This document shows, one piece after another, positions 18,779 through 24,000 of a stretch of 24,000 nucleotides of DNA. Each line of letters starts with the position of its first letter. The stretch's first letter is position 1. Location: contig JBHYDC010000010.1 in assembly GCA_051861205.1 (NCBI GenBank), positions 65,979-89,978 of the forward strand. Reading direction: 5' to 3'. The position numbers and the translations under genes were made by a program. The stretch comes from Oharaeibacter sp. Its GTDB lineage: Bacteria > Pseudomonadota > Alphaproteobacteria > Rhizobiales > Pleomorphomonadaceae. The notes beneath the pieces were generated by a model, which was given only the letters and a program-made list of their open reading frames with translations, did no database searches and was not told the DNA's origin.

Positions 18779-20278
18779 GTGCTCTCCGTCACCGGACTGA
18801 CCAAAGCTTTCGGCGAGACCCGCGCCCTCGGCGGTGTCGACCTCAAGGTCGGCGCCGGTGAGGTCGTGGGCCTCGTCGGCCATAATGGCGCGGGCAAATC
18901 CACGCTGATCAAATGCCTCGTCGGCGCCGAAATCCCGGATAGCGGTCTGATCGCGGTCGACGGCTGCGCTCAGACGTTCCGAGGCACCCAAGACGCGCGC
19001 GCGGCCGGCATCCGCGTCATCCACCAGGATCCGCAACTCGTTCCCGCCTTCAACGCCGTCGAGAACGCCTTCCTCGGCCTCGACCCGCCGACCCGCTTCA
19101 CCCTCGTTGACACCGCCGCCATGCGCCGCCGCGTGAGCGCGCTCGCCCGCGATTTCGCGCCGGGCCTGCCGCTCGGCATTCCCGCCGCCGAACTTCCCGC
19201 CGCCATGCGCCAACTCGTCGCGATCTTGCGCGCCCTCAGCGATCGCGGCCGCATCCTCATCCTCGACGAACCCACCGCCGCGCTGTCCGCCGAGGAGGCC
19301 GACCGCCTGATCGCCGCCGTGCACCGCCTTCGGGGGGAGGGGCTCGGCATCCTCTACGTCAGCCACCGGCTCGGCGAAGTCCTTGATATAGCCGACCGCG
19401 TTGTCGTGATGCGCGACGGCCTCGTCACCGCCGAGCGCCCCACCGCCGGCCTCACGACGGATGACCTCGTGCGCCTCATGGTCGGCGACGCCGCACCCCC
19501 CATCCCTGCCGAAACCAGCACCCCCGGCCCCGCCGTTCTCTCGCTCCAATCCGTCGTCATGCGCCCCGGCACGCCGCCGATTTCGCTCGACGCACGGGCA
19601 GGGGAGATCACCGTGCTCTACGGCCTCGTCGGCTCCGGCCGCTCACGCCTTCTGCACACGATCTGGGGCGCGCGCGCCCACGCCGCGGGAATCATGACGC
19701 TGCAATCGCGGCCCTACCGTCCGAACACCCCCGCCGACGCCATCCATGCCGGCCTTGCCTTCGTGCCGGATGACCGCCGCCGCAACGCCCTCGTCGGCGA
19801 TCTGCCGCTCGTCGCCAACCTCACGCTCCCGCGTCTCTCCGACTTCACGCGCGGCCCGTTGATCGACACCGCGCGCGAGGCCAAAGCCTTCGTCTCCGCC
19901 GCAAGCCGTCTTCGAATCGTCCACCGCTCGGCGGAGCAGGGCGCTCTCACCCTGTCCGGCGGCAACCAGCAAAAGCTCGTCTTCGCACGCTGGACTGACC
20001 GTGTCCCGACGCTGCTCTTGCTCGACGAGCCCACCGAGGGCGTCGACGCCCGCTCGAAGTCGGAGATCCACGGCATCATCCGCGAAACCGCCGCCTCCGG
20101 CGCCGCCGTCCTCGTCGCCACCTCCGACCGCGACGAGGCCCTCGCGCTCGGCGATCGCATCCTCGTCATGCGTGAAGGTGCCATCGTCGACCGTATTTCG
20201 CGCGCTGAGGCAACGCCCGCGCGCGTCACCGCCAGCGCCCATCACGAACCCGGAAAAGTAGCCAGAAACGCCCGATGA
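18779..20278 (+). CDS. Sugar ABC transporter ATP-binding protein, tandem NBDs (RbsA/XylG/MglA type)
   Basis: GTG start; 'GLVGHNGAGKSTLIKCLVGAE', 'LILDEPTAALSAEEADRL', second half 'LSGGNQQKLVFARW' and 'LLLDEPTEGVD'. Confidence 0.95.
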   Translation: MLSVTGLTKAFGETRALGGVDLKVGAGEVVGLVGHNGAGKSTLIKCLVGAEIPDSGLIAVDGCAQTFRGTQDARAAGIRVIHQDPQLVPAFNAVENAFLGLDPPTRFTLVDTAAMRRRVSALARDFAPGLPLGIPAAELPAAMRQLVAILRALSDRGRILILDEPTAALSAEEADRLIAAVHRLRGEGLGILYVSHRLGEVLDIADRVVVMRDGLVTAERPTAGLTTDDLVRLMVGDAAPPIPAETSTPGPAVLSLQSVVMRPGTPPISLDARAGEITVLYGLVGSGRSRLLHTIWGARAHAAGIMTLQSRPYRPNTPADAIHAGLAFVPDDRRRNALVGDLPLVANLTLPRLSDFTRGPLIDTAREAKAFVSAASRLRIVHRSAEQGALTLSGGNQQKLVFARWTDRVPTLLLLDEPTEGVDARSKSEIHGIIRETAASGAAVLVATSDRDEALALGDRILVMREGAIVDRISRAEATPARVTASAHHEPGKVARNAR

Positions 20279-21210
20279 CCCGCGCCCCTCTCCACCGCTA
20301 CGGCACGCTTCTCGCGTTCGCCGTCATCTGCGCCGGCTTCGCCGTGGCCTCACCGGGCGCCTTCGCATCGGGCGCGAATGTGCTGAACCTCCTCCAGCAA
20401 CTCACCACGCTGGCCATCGTCGCCGTGGCCGCAACCATCGTGATGATCGCGGGCGAGTTCGATCTTTCCGTCGGCTTCACCGCCTCGCTGTCCGCCGTGA
20501 TCTGCTTCGCGTTGTTCGGCGCGGGTGTCGCCGTCCCGGTCGCGATCGCCCTTGCGCTCACGGCTGGCCTCATCGCGGGCCTCGCCAACGGCATCCTGGT
20601 CGCGCGGTTTGAGGTCCCGTCCTTTGTCGCCACGCTCGCCGTCGGCACCATCCTGTCCGGCCTGGCCTATTGGGCGTCCGGCGGATCCAGCCTGTTTTCC
20701 GGCGTGCCGGACAGCTTCAAGGCGCTTGGGCGTGGCACGCTTCTCGGCATCCCCGTCCTTGCCTATTGGATGGCCGGCGTCATGCTCCTGGCCGCCGTCG
20801 TGCTCGCGCGCAGCCCCTTCGGCCGCCGTCTCCACGCCATCGGCGGCAACCGTGAGGCGGCGCGTCTCGCCGGTCTACCGGTCCGCCGCGACCGCATCGC
20901 CGCCTTCGCGATCGCTGGATTGCTCGCCGCGCTCGCCGGCCTGCTGCTCGCCGCCCGCCTCGGCAGCGTCCAGCATACGATGGGCGAGGCGATGCTGCTG
21001 CCCGCCTACGCCGCCGTTTTCCTCGGCACCACCACCTCGCGCACCGGCACGCCGAACATTCCCGGCACGTTGCTCGGCGTCGCCATCGCGGGCGTGGTCG
21101 CCAACGGGCTGACAATTCTGGGCGCTGAAACCTATGTTCAGCGCATGGTCACCGGCGGCGTCATCATCGCCGCCGTCCTCACCCGCCAACTCGGCAAGAG
21201 CACGCGATGA
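20275..21210 (+). CDS. Sugar ABC transporter permease (RbsC-like)
   Basis: 'IVMIAGEFDLSVGFTASLSAVI', 'SPFGRRLHAIGGNREAARLAGLPV', 'LLPAYAAVFLG'; 4-nt overlap with ATPase gene. Confidence 0.94.
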   Translation: MTRAPLHRYGTLLAFAVICAGFAVASPGAFASGANVLNLLQQLTTLAIVAVAATIVMIAGEFDLSVGFTASLSAVICFALFGAGVAVPVAIALALTAGLIAGLANGILVARFEVPSFVATLAVGTILSGLAYWASGGSSLFSGVPDSFKALGRGTLLGIPVLAYWMAGVMLLAAVVLARSPFGRRLHAIGGNREAARLAGLPVRRDRIAAFAIAGLLAALAGLLLAARLGSVQHTMGEAMLLPAYAAVFLGTTTSRTGTPNIPGTLLGVAIAGVVANGLTILGAETYVQRMVTGGVIIAAVLTRQLGKSTR

Positions 21211-22646
21211 GCGGCATTCTGATCCTCGACGTCGGCACAAGCGCCCTCAAAGCCGTCCTGTTCAACCCGAACGGCACCGTCGCCGCCTCCGCCGATGCCG
21301 GATACGGCGAACCGCTCGCCCCCCATCGCCAGGATCCGAACGCGTGGTGGCGCGCGGCATGCGACGCTGTCCGCGCGCTCGGCCCGATCCAGCCGAACGC
21401 CATCGGCCTGTCCGGCACCATGGAAAACCTGATCCCGGTGGACGGGGAGGGCGCCCCGGTCGGCCCTGCCATCCTCTATTCGGACCCCTGCGGCGCCCCC
21501 TATCTCGCCCGCGCCGCAGGCAACCTCGCCGCCATAGACGCACCGCGCCTTCTCGGCAATCCGCCCGAGCCGCTGATGTCCGCGTTCAAGCTGCAATGGC
21601 TCGCCGATCACGACCCCGCCGTCCACGCCGCCGCCCGCTGGTTCTTGTTATCCGCGAAAGACGCGCTCGCGCTGCGCATGACCGGCGTCGCCGCCACCGA
21701 CCCGATTTCGGCCTCCACCTCCGGCCTCATGGGTATGCGCACCCGCGACTGGTCGCCGACGCTCTTCGCCGCGCTTGCCATCGAACAAAGCCGGCTGCCG
21801 CCGATCCGCCCGTCCGGCGCCATCCTCGGCCCGCTCAGCGCACAAGCCGCCGCTGAACTCGGCCTGCCGCAGGGTCTTCCCGTCATCAACGGCTGCGGCG
21901 ATGCCGGCGCCACCACCGTCGGCTCGGCCTGCGCGGAGGAGGGCGACGTCAGCTTGTATTTGGGCACCTCCGGCTGGGTCGCCCGCGTCGTATCCGACGC
22001 CCGCATCGCCGAGCCCCGGCCCGTCTATCGTCTCGCTCACCCGGCGGACGGCCTCACGATCGAGATCACGCCCATCCTCTCCGCCGGCGCCGCCACGGCC
22101 TGGGCCCGCGCCACGCTCTCGCTGGACACGGCTGCCGCCGAAGCTCTCCTCGCGGAAGCCGATCGCAACCCGCCGGACCTCGTGTTCCTGCCGTATCTCA
22201 TCGGCGAGCGATCGCCCTTTGCCGATCCCGATGTGCGCGGCGCCTTCATCGGCCTTTCCGCCGACCACGGCCCCGCCGCGCTCTATTATGCCGTGCTTGA
22301 AGGCGTATCCTTCGCCATCGCCGCCAATCTCGCAGACCTCGCCAGCGAGCCCAACCTGCGCATCCGCCTCGCCGGCGGCGGCGCCACAAGCCGCCTCTGG
22401 CCGCAAATCCTAGCCGACATTCTCGGCCGCCCCGTCGGCGTCCCCGCCGACCCCGCGCTCGCCACCGCCCACGGCGCCTTCAGCATCGCCGCCACCGCCC
22501 TCGGCTGGCCAGACCACGCCCAAAGCGCCGTAACCCTCATCACGCCGCGCCCAGACCGCCAACCCCGCGCCAACCACCTATCCACCATCTTCCAACACGC
22601 CACCACCTTCGCCCGAAGCGTCGGACAGCGCCTGTCGGCGCGCTGA
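21207..22646 (+). CDS. FGGY-family carbohydrate kinase (xylulokinase-like)
   Basis: 'ILILDVGTSALKAVLFNPNG', 'LYLGTSGWVARV', 'FLPYLIGERSPFADPDVRGAFIGLS', 'RLAGGGATSRLWPQILADILGRPV'. Confidence 0.92.
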   Translation: MSGILILDVGTSALKAVLFNPNGTVAASADAGYGEPLAPHRQDPNAWWRAACDAVRALGPIQPNAIGLSGTMENLIPVDGEGAPVGPAILYSDPCGAPYLARAAGNLAAIDAPRLLGNPPEPLMSAFKLQWLADHDPAVHAAARWFLLSAKDALALRMTGVAATDPISASTSGLMGMRTRDWSPTLFAALAIEQSRLPPIRPSGAILGPLSAQAAAELGLPQGLPVINGCGDAGATTVGSACAEEGDVSLYLGTSGWVARVVSDARIAEPRPVYRLAHPADGLTIEITPILSAGAATAWARATLSLDTAAAEALLAEADRNPPDLVFLPYLIGERSPFADPDVRGAFIGLSADHGPAALYYAVLEGVSFAIAANLADLASEPNLRIRLAGGGATSRLWPQILADILGRPVGVPADPALATAHGAFSIAATALGWPDHAQSAVTLITPRPDRQPRANHLSTIFQHATTFARSVGQRLSAR

Positions 22647-22828
22647 AACCGCGTCGTTGAGCCAAGCTCACCCGTTGCAAATGAAATAGGGGGCGGCGCA
22701 TGCCAATAGTCCGTTCCGCTAGGCCGCCCAATCCATCGGCACGCTGCATCCCATGCTGTGCCGAGACAAGACGAGCCTAGTCAACGCACCTCCATCAAGC
22801 GCCCCGTAGATGCGATTCGCATAAGGAA

Positions 22829-22858
22829 GATTATGGAACTTATGTATATCCCATAATC
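22829..22858. other. 8-bp inverted repeat GATTATGG-(14 nt)-CCATAATC, 3 bp beyond the recX stop
   Basis: Arms 22829-22836 and 22851-22858 read directly. Confidence 0.35.
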
Positions 22859-22861
22859 CAG

Positions 22862-23431
22862 TTATTCGCCCCCATCTCCCGCCAGTTCCGCCTCAGCCGT
22901 CTCCCGGTCCATCCCCACCACCCTCCGGGCATCGCCCAGCGAGAACCCGTTGCGGCACAGCGCGGCCAGATCGCGGCGGTCGGCTTCTCGCACGTCGGCC
23001 GGCACGCGATTGCGCCACGGACCCAGCCGTTTGCGGCGTGCGAACAGCAGCGCTGCGGTGCGATCGTCGGTGTCGTCGCCGGTCAGCGCGGCCGTCGTGG
23101 TCTCGCGGTCGACGCCTTTGGCGGAGAGCTTGGCGGCGATCTTGGCGGCGGACAAACCCTTGCGCCGGCTTGATGATACCTTCGATGCCGCGAACGCCTG
23201 ATCGTCCACCACGCCCAGCGTCCGGCAATCCTCCAGCACCGCCGCAATCGCCTCCGCCGCTTGCTCCGGATCGATCGTGGTCCCGTCCAGGCTCGCCCAG
23301 CGCTTCAGCTTGCGCGCCAAAATCCGAGACAAATGCGCCTCCGACGCCGAATAGCGCTGGAGATAATGCCACGCCGCGCGGCGCAGTCGGTCGCGGTTCG
23401 GCGGCACGGAGGGTGAGTCGAACTCGGTCAT
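22862..23431 (-). CDS. recX: Regulatory protein RecX
   Basis: 'AWHYLQRYSASEAHLSRILARKLKRW', 'VVDDQAFAASKVSSSRRKGLSAAKIAAKLSAKGVDRE' resemble alphaproteobacterial RecX. Confidence 0.85.
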   Translation of the reverse strand: MTEFDSPSVPPNRDRLRRAAWHYLQRYSASEAHLSRILARKLKRWASLDGTTIDPEQAAEAIAAVLEDCRTLGVVDDQAFAASKVSSSRRKGLSAAKIAAKLSAKGVDRETTTAALTGDDTDDRTAALLFARRKRLGPWRNRVPADVREADRRDLAALCRNGFSLGDARRVVGMDRETAEAELAGDGGE

Positions 23432-23588
23432 CGCATCGTTGCACCATGGGTGCCCGCCACCGTCAACCGGCGGCGGAAACGGGGCAGCTTGCAAAGACAA
23501 GTCCTTGCACTCACATTGGTTTCAGCCTCAGAATCTCGAAATCCGGTGCGCCTAAATCCCGGAAACTCAAGATTTACAAGGCAAACAG

Positions 23589-23616
23589 TTGACTCCAGTT
23601 ACCTTGCCCCTATCTT
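23589..23616 (+). promoter_or_regulatory. Candidate sigma70-type promoter TTGACT-16 nt-TATCTT
   Basis: -35 23589-23594, -10 23611-23616, directly upstream of the Fur-like palindrome and the metal SBP gene. Confidence 0.45.
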
Positions 23617-23620
23617 AGAA

Positions 23621-23635
23621 TGCAAATCATTCGCA
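23621..23635. promoter_or_regulatory. Fur-superfamily-like operator (TGCAAATCATTCGCA)
   Basis: Imperfect palindrome TGCnAATnATTnGCA just downstream of the -10 of a metal-uptake gene. Confidence 0.5.
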
Positions 23636-23651
23636 ATTGCAGCCCCTCGCC

Positions 23652-24000
23652 ATGGTCGAACTCAGCCGACGAGACCTCCTAGCCGCCCTCGGCGCGCTTG
23701 CCTTCATGGGCGGTTCCGGCCTGTCATCCGCCGTTGCCGCCGCGCCCGGCGTCGCCGGATCAGACCTCTCGCTTGTCGCCACCACCGGCATGCTGGCCGA
23801 TGCCGTTCGCACCGTGGGCGGGCCGCGCGTCGCCGTCACCGCCCTCATGGGCCAGGGCGTGGACCCGCACGCCTACCGCCAAACCCGGTCCGATATTGCC
23901 GCCATGGTCCGAGCCGACGCGGTTTTCGCTCACGGGCTCTATCTCGAAGCCCAGCTTGAAGACTTCCTCATGCGCGTCGGCGAGAAGAAGCCGGCTCGCT
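23652..24000 (+). CDS. Metal ABC transporter substrate-binding protein (ZnuA/TroA/SitA-like), truncated by window end
   Basis: My translation: MVELSRRDLLAALGALAFMGGSG...LSLVATTGMLADAVRTVGGPRVAVTALMGQGVDPHAYRQTRSDIAAMVRADAVFAHGLYLEAQLEDFL...; open to window end, hence absent from the ORF track. Confidence 0.9.
   Translation, partial: MVELSRRDLLAALGALAFMGGSGLSSAVAAAPGVAGSDLSLVATTGMLADAVRTVGGPRVAVTALMGQGVDPHAYRQTRSDIAAMVRADAVFAHGLYLEAQLEDFLMRVGEKKPAR

Noticed and set aside
1-24000. CRISPR array, prophage or defence island
   Set aside because: No regularly spaced repeats, integrase, transposase, phage structural or nuclease-helicase genes recognised; the only TA-type locus is higBA.

Overview
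GC-rich, probably alphaproteobacterial (Hyphomicrobiales/Rhizobiales-like) chromosomal segment made mostly of metabolic gene clusters. Left to right: LysR-family regulator (-); HigBA-type toxin-antitoxin locus whose HigB toxin frame is broken at a C10 homopolymer (+); lysine-catabolism pair, alpha-aminoadipic semialdehyde dehydrogenase (ALDH7-like) and glutaryl-CoA dehydrogenase (+); HAD hydrolase (+); small hypothetical protein (-); two translationally coupled DUF2382/YsnF-like proteins (-) followed by a strong hairpin; cobalamin genes cobC(-)/cobD(+)/cobQ(-)/cobO(-); a biotin operon bioB-F-D-A-Z (-) that runs co-directionally into cobO-cobQ; an orphan ProX/OsmF-type substrate-binding protein (+); a pair of inverted REP/BIME-like repeats; a ribose/xylose-type sugar ABC transporter with an FGGY kinase (+); recX (-); and the 5' end of a metal (Zn/Mn) ABC transporter substrate-binding protein (+) behind a Fur-family-like palindrome. 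Best leads: (i) the C10-frameshifted higB next to an intact higA, with two tandem palindromes upstream; (ii) BioZ, reported to use glutaryl-CoA, on the same segment as genes that make and consume lysine-derived glutaryl-CoA; (iii) a tRNA T-arm/acceptor-like fragment inside the bio operon between bioF and bioD; (iv) overlapping divergent start codons of cobC/cobD. I found no CRISPR array, prophage, or clearly novel defence system.
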